From assembly GCA_964016885.1 (NCBI GenBank), contig OZ024744.1, positions 116,312,001 through 116,376,000 on the forward strand: a stretch of DNA of 64,000 nucleotides, written 5' to 3'. The notes under the pieces were generated by a model. That model worked only from the letters and a program-made list of their open reading frames with translations, made no database searches and had not been told where the DNA came from. The stretch's first letter is position 1; every line of letters begins with the position of its first letter. Origin of the DNA: Eledone cirrhosa (taxonomy: Eukaryota). A program made the translations under genes and the position numbers. This document shows, one piece after another, positions 37,401-50,800 of this stretch.

Positions 37401-40400
37401 CTTGATATAGTCTACCATATCAACCTCACTACTGTTTTACTGGTGTCAGTCATTGGACTGTGGCCATACTGGGGCACTACCTTGATATATTCTACTGTAT
37501 CAACCTCACTACTGTTTTACTGGTGTCAGTCATTAGACTGTGGCCATACTGGGGCACTACCTTGATATAGTCTACCATATCAACCTCAGTACTGTTTTAC
37601 TGGTGTCATTCATTAGACTGTGGCCATACTGGGGCACTACCTTGATATAGTCTATCATATCAACCTCAGTACTGCTTTACTGGTGTCCTTCATTAGACTG
37701 TGGCCATACTGGGGCACTACCTTGATATAGTCTATCATATCAACCTCAGTACTGCTTTACTGGTGTCAGTTATTAGACTGTGGCCATACTGGGGCACTAC
37801 CTTGATATAGTCTACCATATCAACCTCAGTACAGTTTTACTGGTGTCAGTCAATAGACTGTGGCCATACTGGGACACTACCTTGATATAGTCTACCATAT
37901 CAATCTCAGTATTGTTTTACTGTTGTCAGTCATTAGACTGTGGCTATGCTAGGGCACTACCTTGAAATAGTCTACCATATCAACCTCAGTACTGTTTTAC
38001 TGGTGTCAGTCATTAGACTGTGGCCATACTGGGGCACTACCTTGATTTAGTCTACCATATCAACCTCAGTACTGTTTTACTGGTATCAGTCATTAGACTG
38101 TGGCCATACTGGGGCACTACCTTGAAATAGTCTACCATATCAACCTCAGTATTGTTTTACTGGTGTCAGTCATTAGACTGTGGCCATACTGGGGCACTAC
38201 CTTGATATAGTCTACCATATCAACCTCACTACTGTTTTACTGGTGTCAATTAGTCGACAGTGGCCATACTGGGGCACTACCTTGATATAGTCTACCATAT
38301 CAACCTCAGTACTATTTTACTGGTGTCAGTCATTAGAATATGGCCATACTGGGGCACTACCTTGATATAGTCTACCATATCAATCTCAGTACTGTTTTAC
38401 TGTTGTCAGTCATTAGACTGTGGCCATACTGGGGCACTACCTTGATATAGTCTACCATATCAATCTCAGTTCTGTTTTACTGGTGTCATTCATTAGAATG
38501 TGGCCATACTAGGGCACTACCTTGATATAGTCGACCATATCAACCTAAGCACTGTTTTACTGGTGTCAGTCATTAGACTGTGGCCATACTAGGGCACTAC
38601 CTTGATATAGTCGACCATATCAACCTCAGTACTGTTTTACTGGTGTCAGTCATTAGACTGTGGCCATAAGGACCACTATCTTGATATAGACTACCATATC
38701 AACCTCACTACTGTTTTACTGGTGTCAGTCATTACACTGTGGCCATACTGGGGCACTACCTTGATATAGCCTACCATATCAACCTCAGTACTGTTTTACT
38801 GTTGGCAGTCATTAGACTGTGGCCATACTGGGGCACTACCTTGATATAGTCTACCATATCAACCTCAGTACTGTTTTACTGGTGTCAGTCATTAGACTGT
38901 GGCCATACTGGGGCACTACCTTCATATAGTCTACCATATCAATCACACTACTTTTTTACTGGTGTCAGTCATTAGAGTGTGGCCATACTGGGGCACTACC
39001 TTGATATAGTCTACTAGATCAACCTCAGTACAGTTTTACTGGTGTCAGCCATTAGACTCTGGCCATACTGGGGCACCAGCATGATATAGTCTACCATATC
39101 AACCTCAGTACTATTTTACTGGTGTCAGTCATTAGACTGTGGCCATACTGGGGTACTATCTTCATACAGTCTACCATATCAACCTCAGTACTGTTTTACT
39201 GGTGTCAGTCATTAGACTGGCCATACTGGGGCACCCCCATGATATAGTCTACCATATCAACCTCAGTACTGTTTCACTGGTGTCAGTCATTAGACTGTGG
39301 CCATACTGGGGCACTACCTTGATATAGTCTACCATATTAATCTCACTACTGTTTTACTGGTGTCAGTCAATAGACTCTGGCCATACTGGAGCAACACCAT
39401 GATATAGTCTATCTACTATATCAACCTCAGTACTGTTTTACTGGTGTCAGTCATTAGAGTGTGGCCATACTGGGGCACTACCTTGATATAGTCTACCATA
39501 TCAATCTCAGTACTGTTTTACTGGTGTCAGTCATTAGACTGTGGCCATACTGGGGCACAACCATGATATAGTCTATCAACCATATCAACCTCAGTACTGT
39601 TTTACTGTTGTCAGTCATTAGAGTGTGGCCATACTGGGGCACTACCTTGATATAGTCTACCATATCAATCTCAGTACTGTTTTACTGGTGTCAGTCATTA
39701 GACTGTGGCCATACTGGGGCACCACCATGATATAGTCTATCTACCATATCAACCTCAGTACTATTTTACTGGTGTCAGTCGTTAGACTGTGGCCATACTG
39801 GGGCACTGCCTTGATATAGTCTACCATATCAACCTCAGTACTGTTTTACTGGTGTCAGTCATTGGACTGTGGCCATACTGGGGCACTACCTTGATATAGT
39901 CTACCATATCAACCTAAGTACTGTTTTTCTGGTGTCAGTCATTAGAGTGTGGCCATACTGGGGCACTACCTTGATATAGTCTACCATATCAACCTCACTA
40001 CAGTTTTACTGGTGTCAGTCATTAGATTGTGGCCATACTGGGGTACTAACTTGATATAGTCTACCATATCAAACTCAGTACTGTTTTACTGGTGTCAGTC
40101 ATTAGACTGTGGCCATACTGGGGCACCACCATGATATAGTCTATCTACCATAACAATCTCAGTACCGTTTTACTGGTGTAAGTCATTAGACTGTGGCCAT
40201 AATGGGGCACTACCGTGATAAAGTCTACCATATCAGCCTCAGTACTGTTTTACTGGTGTCAGTCATTGGATTGTGGCCATACTGGCGCACTACCTTCATA
40301 TAGACTACCATATCAACCACACTACTGTTTTACTGGTGTCAGTCATTAGACTGTGGCCATACTGGGGCACTACCTTGATATAGTCTACCATATCAACCTC

Positions 40401-43400
40401 ACTACAGTTTTACTGGTGTCAGTCATTAGATTGTGGCCATACTGGGGTACTAACTTGATATAGTCTACCATATCAACCTCAGTACTGTTTTACTGGTGTC
40501 ATTCATTAGACTGTGGCCATACTGGGGCACTACCTTGATATAGTCTACCATATCAACCTCACTACTGCTTTACTGGTGTCAGTTATTAGACTGTAGCCAT
40601 ACTGGGGTACTACCTTGATATAGTCTACCATATCAACCTCACTACAGTTTTACTGGTGTCAGTCATTAGATTGTGGCCATACTGGGGTACTAACTTGATA
40701 TAGTCTACCATATCAACCTCAGTACTGCTTTACTGGTGTCAGTTATTAGACTGTGGCCATACTGGGGCACTACCTTGATGTAGTCTACCATATCAACCTC
40801 AGTACTGTTTTATTGGTGTCAGTCATTAGACTGTGGCCATACTGGGGCACTACCTTGATATAGTCTACCATATCAATCTCAGTACTGTTTTACTGGTGTC
40901 AGTCATTAGACTGTGGCCATACTGGGGCATTACCTTGATTTAGTCTACCATATCAACCTCAGTACTGTTTTACTGGTGTCAGTCATTAGACTGTGGCCAT
41001 ACTGGGGCACTACCTTGATATAGTCTACCATATCAACCTCACTACTGTTTTACTGGTGTCAATCATTCGACAGTGGCCATAATGGGGCACTACCTTGATA
41101 TAGTCTACCATATCAACCTCAGTACTGTTTTATTAGTGTCAGTCATTAGACTGTGGCCATACTAGGGCACTACCTTGAAATAGTCTACCATATCAACCTC
41201 AGTACTGTTTTACTGATGTCAGTCATTAGACTGTGGCCATACTGGGGCACTACCTTGATATAGTCTACCATATCAACCTCACTACACTTTTACTGGTGTC
41301 AATCATTGGACAGTGGCCATACTGGGGCACTACCTTGATATAGTCTAGCATATCAACCTCAGTACTGTTTACTGGTGTCAGTCATTAGACTGTGGCCATA
41401 CTGGGGCACTACCTTGATATAGTCTACCATATCAACCTCACTACTATTTTACTGGTGTCAGTCATTAGACTGTGGCCATACTGGGGCACTACCTTGATAT
41501 AGTCTACCATATCAACCTCAGTACAGTTTTACTGGTCTCAGCCATTAGACAGTGGCCATACTGGGGCACTACCTTGATATAGTCTAGCATATCAACCTCA
41601 GTACTGTTTTACTGGTGTCAGTCATTAGACTCTGGCCATACTGGGGCACCACCATGATATAGTCTATCTACCATATCAACCTCAGTACTGTTTTACTGGT
41701 GTCAGTCATTAGAGTGTGGCCATACTGGGGCACTACCTTGATATAGTCTACCATATCAACCTCACTACTGTTTTACTGGTGTCAGTCATTAGACTGTGGC
41801 CATACTGGGGCACTACCTTGATATAGTCTACCATATCAACCTCACTACAGTTTTACTGGTGTCCGTCATTAGACTGTGGCCATACTGGGGCACTACCTTG
41901 ATATAGTCTACCATATCAACCTCAGTACTGTTTTACTGGTGTCATTCATTAGACTGTGGCCATACTGGGGCACTACCTTGATATAGTCTATCATATCAAC
42001 CTCAGTACTGCTTTACTGGTGTCAGTTATTAGACTGTGGCCGTACTGGGGCACTACCTTGATATAGTCTACCATATCAACCTCAGTATTGATTTACTGGT
42101 GTCAGTCATTAGACTGTGGCCATACTGGGGCACTACCTTGATATAGTCTACCATATCAACCTCAGTACTGTTTTACTGGTGTCAGTTATTAGACTGTGGC
42201 CATACTGGGGCACTACCTTGATATAGTCTACCATATCAACCTCACTACTGTTTTACTGGTGTCAGTCATTAGACTGTGGCCATACTGGGGCACTACCTTG
42301 ATGTAGTCTACCATATCAACCTCAGTACTGTTTTACTGGTGTCAGTCATTAGATTGTGGCCATACTGGGGCACCACCATGATATAGTCTATCTACCATAT
42401 CAACCTCAGTACTGTTTTACTGGTGTCAGTCATTAGAGTGTGGCCATACTGGGGCACTACCTTGATATAGTCTACTATATCAATCTCAGTACTGTTTTAC
42501 TGGTGTCTGTCATTAGACTGTGGGCATACTGGGGCACCACCATGATGTAGTCTATCTACCATATCAACATCAGTACTGTTTTACTGGTGTCAGTCATTAG
42601 AGTGTGGCCATACTGGGGCACTACCTTGATATAGTCTACCATATCAATCTCAGTACTGTTTTACTGGTGTCAGTCATTAGACTGTGGCCATACTGGGGCA
42701 CCACCATGATATAGTCTATCTACCATATCAACCTCAGTACTGTTTTACTGGTGTCAGTCATTAGATTGTGGCCATACTGGGGCACTGCCTTGATATAGTC
42801 TACCATATCAACCTCAGTACTGTTTTACTGGTGTCAGTCATTAGACTCTGGCCATACTGGGGCACCACCATGATATAATCTATCTACCATATCAACCTCA
42901 GTACTGTTTTACTGGTGTCAGTCATTAGACTGTGGCCATACTGGAGCACCACCATGATATAGTCTATCTACCATATCAACCTCAGTACTGTTTTACTGGT
43001 GTCAGTCATTAGAGTGTGGCCATACTGGGGCACTACCTTGATATAGTCTACCATATCAATCTCAGTACTGTTTTACTGGTGTAAGTCATTAGACTGTGGC
43101 CATAATGGGGCACTATCTTGATATAGTCTACCATATCAACCTCATTACAGTTTTACTGGTGTCAGTCATTAGATTGTGGCCATACTGGGGTACTAACTCT
43201 ATATAGTCTACCATATCAACCTCACTACTGTTTTACTGGTGTCAGTCATTAGACTGTGGCCATACTGGGGCACTACCTTGATATAGTCTACCATATCAAC
43301 CTCACTACAGTTTTACTGGTGTCCGTCATTAGACTGTGGCCATACTGGGGCACTACCTTGATATAGTCTACCATATCAACCTCTGTACTGTTTTACTGGT

Positions 43401-44088
43401 GTCATTCATTAGACTGTGGCCATACTGGGGCACTACCTTGATATAGTCTATCATATCAACCTCACTACTGTTTTACTGGTGTCAGTCATTAGACTGTGGC
43501 CATACTGGGGCACTACCTTGATATAGTCTACCATATCAACCTCAGTACTGTTTTACTGGTGTCAGTTATTAGACTGTGGCCGTACTGGGGCACTACCTTG
43601 ATATAGTCTACCATATCAACCTCAGTATTGATTTACTGGTATCAGTTATTAGACTGTGGCCATACTGGGGCACTACCTTGATATAGTCTACCATATCAAC
43701 CTCACTACTGTTTTACTGGTGTCAGTCATTAGACTGTGGCCATACTGGGGCACTACCTTGATGTAGTCTACCATATCAACCTCAGTACTGTTTTACTGGT
43801 GTCAGTCATTAGACTGTGGCCATACTGGGGCACCACCATGATATAGTCTATCTACCATATCAACCTCAGTACTGTTTTACTGGTGTCAGTCATTAGAGTG
43901 TGGCCATACTGGGGCACTACCTTGATATAGTCTACCATATCAATCTCAGTACTGTTTTACTGGTGTCAGTCATTAGACTGTGGGCATACTGGGGCACTAC
44001 CTTGATATAGTCTACCATATCAACCTCAGTACTGTTTTACTGGTGTCAGTCATTAGACTGTGGCCATACTGGGGCACTACCTTGATAT

Positions 44089-44576
44089 CATCATCATCAT
44101 CATCATCACCGTTTTACGTCCGTTCTTCCACGCTAGCATGGGTTAGACGGGTTGTCCTGTTGTGGGCAGTGTCTGGTCGGCTGACCATGCCTTGCTCATA
44201 CAGGAACTGATCTGGCTTGATTTCTACAGCTGGATGCCCTTCCTAACACCAACCTCATTTACAGTGAGTGCTGGGTGCTTTTTCGTGGCGCCTACACGTC
44301 CACTTTACAGTGTGGGCTGGGTGCTTTTTTGCCGTGGCACCTCCACGACCACTTTGCGGTGGGGGGGGGGGGGGCATATTGTTTATATGCTTCAGCATGT
44401 ACCCATGGGAGGTCGGGTACCCTGTATTACTGCGTGACGCCAGAAGTCACGGTCGTGTGTCATTGACTTTGAGAGGTGTAGTTGGGTAAGGTCGGCTTTT
44501 ATCACCTCATCCCAAGTCATCTTGGGTCTCCCCACTCCGCGGTTTCCATCAACTTCTAGTGCTCTGCACCTTTTTA
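44089..44576 (-). mobile_element. 5'-truncated RTE-clade LINE (ORF C-terminus, 3' UTR, (TGA)n tail) inside the satellite, copy 1
   Basis: The minus strand encodes KRCRALEVDGNRGVGRPKMTWDEVIKADLTQLHLSKSMTHDRDFWRHAV (RTE-type GRP..TW...DR..WR C-terminus) and ends in (CAT)n on the + strand. Confidence 0.88.
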
Positions 44577-47323
44577 ATCTACCATATCAACCTCAGTACT
44601 GTTTTACTGGTGTCAGTCATTAGAGTGTGGCCATACTGGGGCACTACCTTGATATAGTCTACCATATCAATCTCAGTACTGTTTTACTGGTGTCAGTCAT
44701 TAGACTGTGGGCATACTGGGGCACTACCTTGATATAGTCTACCATATCAACCTCAGTACAGTTTTACTGGTCTCAGCCATTAGACAGTGGCCATACTGGG
44801 GCACTACCTTGATATAGTCTAGCATATCAACCTCAGTACTGTTTTACTGGTGTCAGTCATTAGACTCTGGCCATACTGGGGCACCACCATGATATAGTCT
44901 ATCTACCATATCAACCTCAGTACTGTTTTACTGGTGTCAGTCATTAGAGTGTGGCCATACTGGGGCACTACCTTGATATAGTCTACCATATCAACCTCAC
45001 TACTGTTTTACTGGTGTCAGTCATTAGACTGTGGCCATACTGGGGCACTACCTTGATATAGTCTACCATATCAACCTCACTACAGTTTTACTGGTGTCCG
45101 TCATTAGACTGTGGCCATACTGGGGCACTACCTTGATATAGTCTACCATATCAACCTCAGTACTGTTTTACTGGTGTCATTCATTAGACTGTGGCCATAC
45201 TGGGGCACTACCTTGATATAGTCTATCATATCAACCTCAGTACTGCTTTACTGGTGTCAGTTATTAGACTGTGGCCGTACTGGGGCACTACCTTGATATA
45301 GTCTACCATATCAACCTCAGTATTGATTTACTGGTGTCAGTCATTAGACTGTGGCCATACTGGGGCACTACCTTGATATAGTCTACCATATCAACCTCAG
45401 TACTGTTTTACTGGTGTCAGTTATTAGACTGTGGCCATACTGGGGCACTACCTTGATATAGTCTACCATATCAACCTCACTACTGTTTTACTGGTGTCAG
45501 TCATTAGACTGTGGCCATACTGGGGCACTACCTTGATGTAGTCTACCATATCAACCTCAGTACTGTTTTACTGGTGTCAGTCATTAGATTGTGGCCATAC
45601 TGGGGCACCACCATGATATAGTCTATCTACCATATCAACCTCAGTACTGTTTTACTGGTGTCAGTCATTAGAGTGTGGCCATACTGGGGCACTACCTTGA
45701 TATAGTCTACTATATCAATCTCAGCACTGTTTTACTGGTGTCTGTCATTAGACTGTGGGCATACTGGGGCACCACCATGATGTAGTCTATCTACCATATC
45801 AACATCAGTACTGTTTTACTGGTGTCAGTCATTAGAGTGTGGCCATACTGGGGCACTACCTTGATATAGTCTACCATATCAATCTCAGTACTGTTTTACT
45901 GGTGTCAGTCATTAGACTGTGGCCATACTGGGGCACCACCATGATATAGTCTATCTACCATATCAACCTCAGTACTGTTTTACTGGTGTCAGTCATTAGA
46001 TTGTGGCCATACTGGGGCACTGCCTTGATATAGTCTACCATATCAACCTCAGTACTGTTTTACTGGTGTCAGTCATTAGACTCTGGCCATACTGGGGCAC
46101 CACCATGATATAGTCTATCTACCATATCAACCTCAGTACTGTTTTACTGGTGTCAGTCATTAGACTGTGGCCATACTGGAGCACCACCATGATATAGTCT
46201 ATCTACCATATCAACCTCAGTACTGTTTTACTGGTGTCAGTCATTAGAGTGTGGCCATACTGGGGCACTACCTTGATATAGTCTACCATATCAATCTCAG
46301 TACTGTTTTACTGGTGTAAGTCATTAGACTGTGGCCATAATGGGGCACTATCTTGATATAGTCTACCATTTCAACCTCATTACAGTTTTACTGGTGTCAG
46401 TCATTAGATTGTGGCCATACTGGGGTACTAACTCTATATAGTCTACCATATCAACCTCACTACTGTTTTACTGGTGTCAGTCATTAGACTGTGGCCATAC
46501 TGGGGCACTACCTTGATATAGTCTACCATATCAACCTCACTACAGTTTTACTGGTGTCCGTCATTAGACTGTGGCCATACTGGGGCACTACCTTGATATA
46601 GTCTACCATATCAACCTCTGTACTGTTTTACTGGTGTCATTCATTAGACTGTGGCCATACTGGGGCACTACCTTGATATAGTCTATCATATCAACCTCAC
46701 TACTGTTTTACTGGTGTCAGTCATTAGACTGTGGCCATACTGGGGCACTACCTTGATATAGTCTACCATATCAACCTCAGTACTGTTTTACTGGTGTCAG
46801 TTATTAGACTGTGGCCGTACTGGGGCACTACCTTGATATAGTCTACCATATCAACCTCAGTATTGATTTACTGGTATCAGTTATTAGACTGTGGCCATAC
46901 TGGGGCACTACCTTGATATAGTCTACCATATCAACCTCACTACTGTTTTACTGGTGTCAGTCATTAGACTGTGGCCATACTGGGGCACTACCTTGATGTA
47001 GTCTACCATATCAACCTCAGTACTGTTTTACTGGTGTCAGTCATTAGACTGTGGCCATACTGGGGCACCACCATGATATAGTCTATCTACCATATCAACC
47101 TCAGTACTGTTTTACTGGTGTCAGTCATTAGAGTGTGGCCATACTGGGGCACTACCTTGATATAGTCTACCATATCAATCTCAGTACTGTTTTACTGGTG
47201 TCAGTCATTAGACTGTGGGCATACTGGGGCACTACCTTGATATAGTCTACCATATCAACCTCAGTACTGTTTTACTGGTGTCAGTCATTAGACTGTGGCC
47301 ATACTGGGGCACTACCTTGATAT

Positions 47324-47808
47324 CATCATCATCATCATCATCACCGTTTTACGTCCGTTCTTCCACGCTAGCATGGGTTAGACGGGTTGTCCTGTTGTGG
47401 GCAGTGTCTGGTCGGCTGACCATGCCTTGCTCATACAGGAACTGATCTGGCTTGATTTCTACAGCTGGATGCCCTTCCTAACACCAACCTCATTTACAGT
47501 GAGTGCTGGGTGCTTTTTCGTGGCGCCTACACGTCCACTTTACAGTGTGGGCTGGGTGCTTTTTTGCCGTGGCACCTCCACGACCACTTTGCGGTGGGGG
47601 GGGGGGCATATTGTTTATATGCTTCAGCATGTACCCATGGGAGGTCGGGTACCCTGTATTACTGCGTGACGCCAGAAGTCACGGTCGTGTGTCATTGACT
47701 TTGAGAGGTGTAGTTGGGTAAGGTCGGCTTTTATCACCTCATCCCAAGTCATCTTGGGTCTCCCCACTCCGCGGTTTCCATCAACTTCTAGTGCTCTGCA
47801 CCTTTTTA
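47324..47808 (-). mobile_element. 5'-truncated RTE-clade LINE inside the satellite, copy 2
   Basis: Matches copy 1 by eye except for the G-run (G11 vs G14). It has the same junctions and lies 3235 bp downstream. Confidence 0.88.
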
Positions 47809-50800
47809 ATCTACCATATCAACCTCAGTACTGTTTTACTGGTGTCAGTCATTAGAGTGTGGCCATACTGGGGCACTACCTTGATATAGTCTACCATATC
47901 AATCTCAGTACTGTTTTACTGGTGTCAGTCATTAGACTGTGGGCATACTGGGGCACTACCTTGATATAGTCTACCATATCAACCTCAGTACTGTTTTACT
48001 GGTGTCAGTCATTAGACTGTGGCCATACTGGGGCACTACCTTGATATAATCTACCATATCAACCTCAGTACAGTTTTACTGGTGTCAGTCATTAGAGTGT
48101 GGCCATACTGGGGCACTACCTTGATATAGTCTACCATATCAATCTCAGTACTGTTTTACTGGTGTCAGTCATTAGACTGTGGCCATACTGGGGCACCACC
48201 ATGATATAGTCTATCTACCATATCAACCTCAGTACTGTTTTACTGGTGTCAGTCATTAGATTGTGGCCATACTGGGGCACTGCCTTGATATAGTCTACCA
48301 TATCAACCTCAGTACTGTTTTAATGGTGTCAGTCATTAGACTGTGGCCATACTGGGGCACTACCTTGATATAATCTACCATATCAACCTCACTAAAGTTT
48401 TACTGGAGTCAGTCATTAGACTGTGGCCATACTGGGGCACTACCTTGATATAGTCTACCATATCAACCTCAGTACTGTTTTACTGGTGTCATTCATTAGA
48501 CTGTGGCCATAATGGGGCACTACCTTGATATAGTCTACCATATCAATCTCAGTACTGTTTTACTGGTGTCATTCATTAGACTGTGGCCATACTGGGGCAC
48601 TACCTTGATATAGTCTACCATATCAACCTCAGTACTCTTTTACTGGTGTCAATCATTGGACAGTGGCCATACTGGGGCACTACCTTGATATAGTCTACCA
48701 TATCAACCTCACTACTCTTTTACTGGTGTCAATCATTGGACAGTGGCCATACTGGGGCACTACCTTGATATAGTCTAGCATATCAACCTCAGTACTGTTT
48801 ACTGGTGTCAGTCATTAGACTGTGGCCATACTGGGGCACTACCTTGATATAGTCTACCATATCAACCTCAGTACAGTTTTACTGGTGTCAGCCATTAGAC
48901 AGTGGCCATACTGGGGCACTACCTTGATATAGTCTAGCATATCAACCTCAGTACTGTTTTACTGGTGTCAGTCATTAGAGTGTGGCCATACTGGGGCACT
49001 GTCTTGATATAGTCTACCATATCAACCTCAGTAGTGTTTTACTGGTGTCCGTCATTAGACTGTGGCCATACTGGGGCACTACCTTGATATAGTCTACCAT
49101 ATCAACCTCAGTACTGTTTTACTGGTGTCATTCATTAGACTGTGGCCATACTGGGGCACTACCTTGATATAGTCTACCATATCAACCTCAGTATTGCTTT
49201 ACTGGTGTCAGTTATTAGACTGTGGCCATACTGGGGCACTACCTTGATATAGTCTACCATATCAACCTCACTACTGTTTTACTGGTGTCAGTCATTAGAC
49301 TGTGGCCATACTGGGGCACTACCTTGATGTAGTCTACCATATCAACCTCAGTACTGTTTTACTGGTGTCATTCATTAGACTGTGGCCATACTGGGGCACT
49401 ACCTTGATATAGTCTACCATATCAACCTCAGTATTGCTTTACTGGTGTCAGTTATTAGACTGTGGCCATACTGGGGCACTACCTTGATATAGTCTACCAT
49501 ATCAACCTCACTACTGTTTTACTGGTGTCAGTCATTAGACTGTGGCCATACTGGGGCACTACCTTGATATAGTCTCCATATCAATCTCAGTACTGTTTTA
49601 CTGGTGTCAGTCATTAGACTGTGGCCATACTGGGGCACTACCTTGAAATAGTCTACCATATCAACCTCAGTATTGTTTTACTGGTGTCAGTCATTAGACT
49701 GTGGCCATACTGGGGCACTACCTTGATATAATCTACCATATCAACCTCACTACAGTTTTACTGGAGTCAGTCATTAGACTGTGGCCATACTGGGGCACCA
49801 CCTTGATATAGTCTACCATATCAACCTCAGTACTGTTTTACTGGTGTCATTCATTAGACTGTGGCCATAATGGGGCACTACCTTGATATAGTCTACCATA
49901 TCAACCTCAGTACTGTTTTACTGGTGTCATTCATTAGACTGTGGCCATACTGGGGCACTACATTGATATAGTCTACCATATCAACCTCAGTACTCTTTTA
50001 CTGGTGTCAATCATTGGACAGTGGCCATACTGGGGCACTACCTTGATATAGTCTACCATATCAACCTCACTACTCTTTTACTGGTGTCAATCATTGGACA
50101 GTGGCCATACTGGGGCACTACCTTGATATAGTCTAGCATATCAACCTCAGTACTGTTTACTGGTGTCAGTCATTAGACTGTGGCCATACTGGGGCACTAC
50201 CTTGATATAGTCTACCATATCAACCTCAGTACAGTTTTACTGGTGTCAGCCATTAGACAGTGGCCATACTGGGGCACTACCTTGATATAGTCTAGCATAT
50301 CAACCTCAGTACTGTTTTACTGGTGTCAGTCATTAGACTCTGGCCATACTGGGGCACCACCATGATATAGTCTATCTACCATATCAACCTCAGTACTGTT
50401 TTACTGGTGTCAGTCATTAGAGTGTGGCCATACTGGGGCACTACCTTGATATAGTCTACCATATCAACCTCAGTATTGCTTTACTGGTGTCAGTTATTAG
50501 ACTGTGGCCATACTGGGGCACTACCTTGATATAGTCTACCATATCAACCTCACTACTGTTTTACTGGTGTCAGTCATTAGACTGTGGCCATACTGGGGCA
50601 CTACCTTGATGTAGTCTACCATATCAACCTCAGTACTGTTTTACTGGTGTCATTCATTAGACTGTGGCCATACTGGGGCACTACCTTGATATAGTCTATC
50701 ATATCAACCTCAGTACTGCTTTACTGGTGTCAGTTATTAGACTGTGGCCATACTGGGGCACTACCTTGATATAGTCTATCATATCAACCTCAGTACTGCT

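Noticed and set aside
43980-47721. Plus-strand ORFs across the satellite inserts
   Set aside because: Antisense to the RTE fragment; the real coding remnant is on the minus strand.
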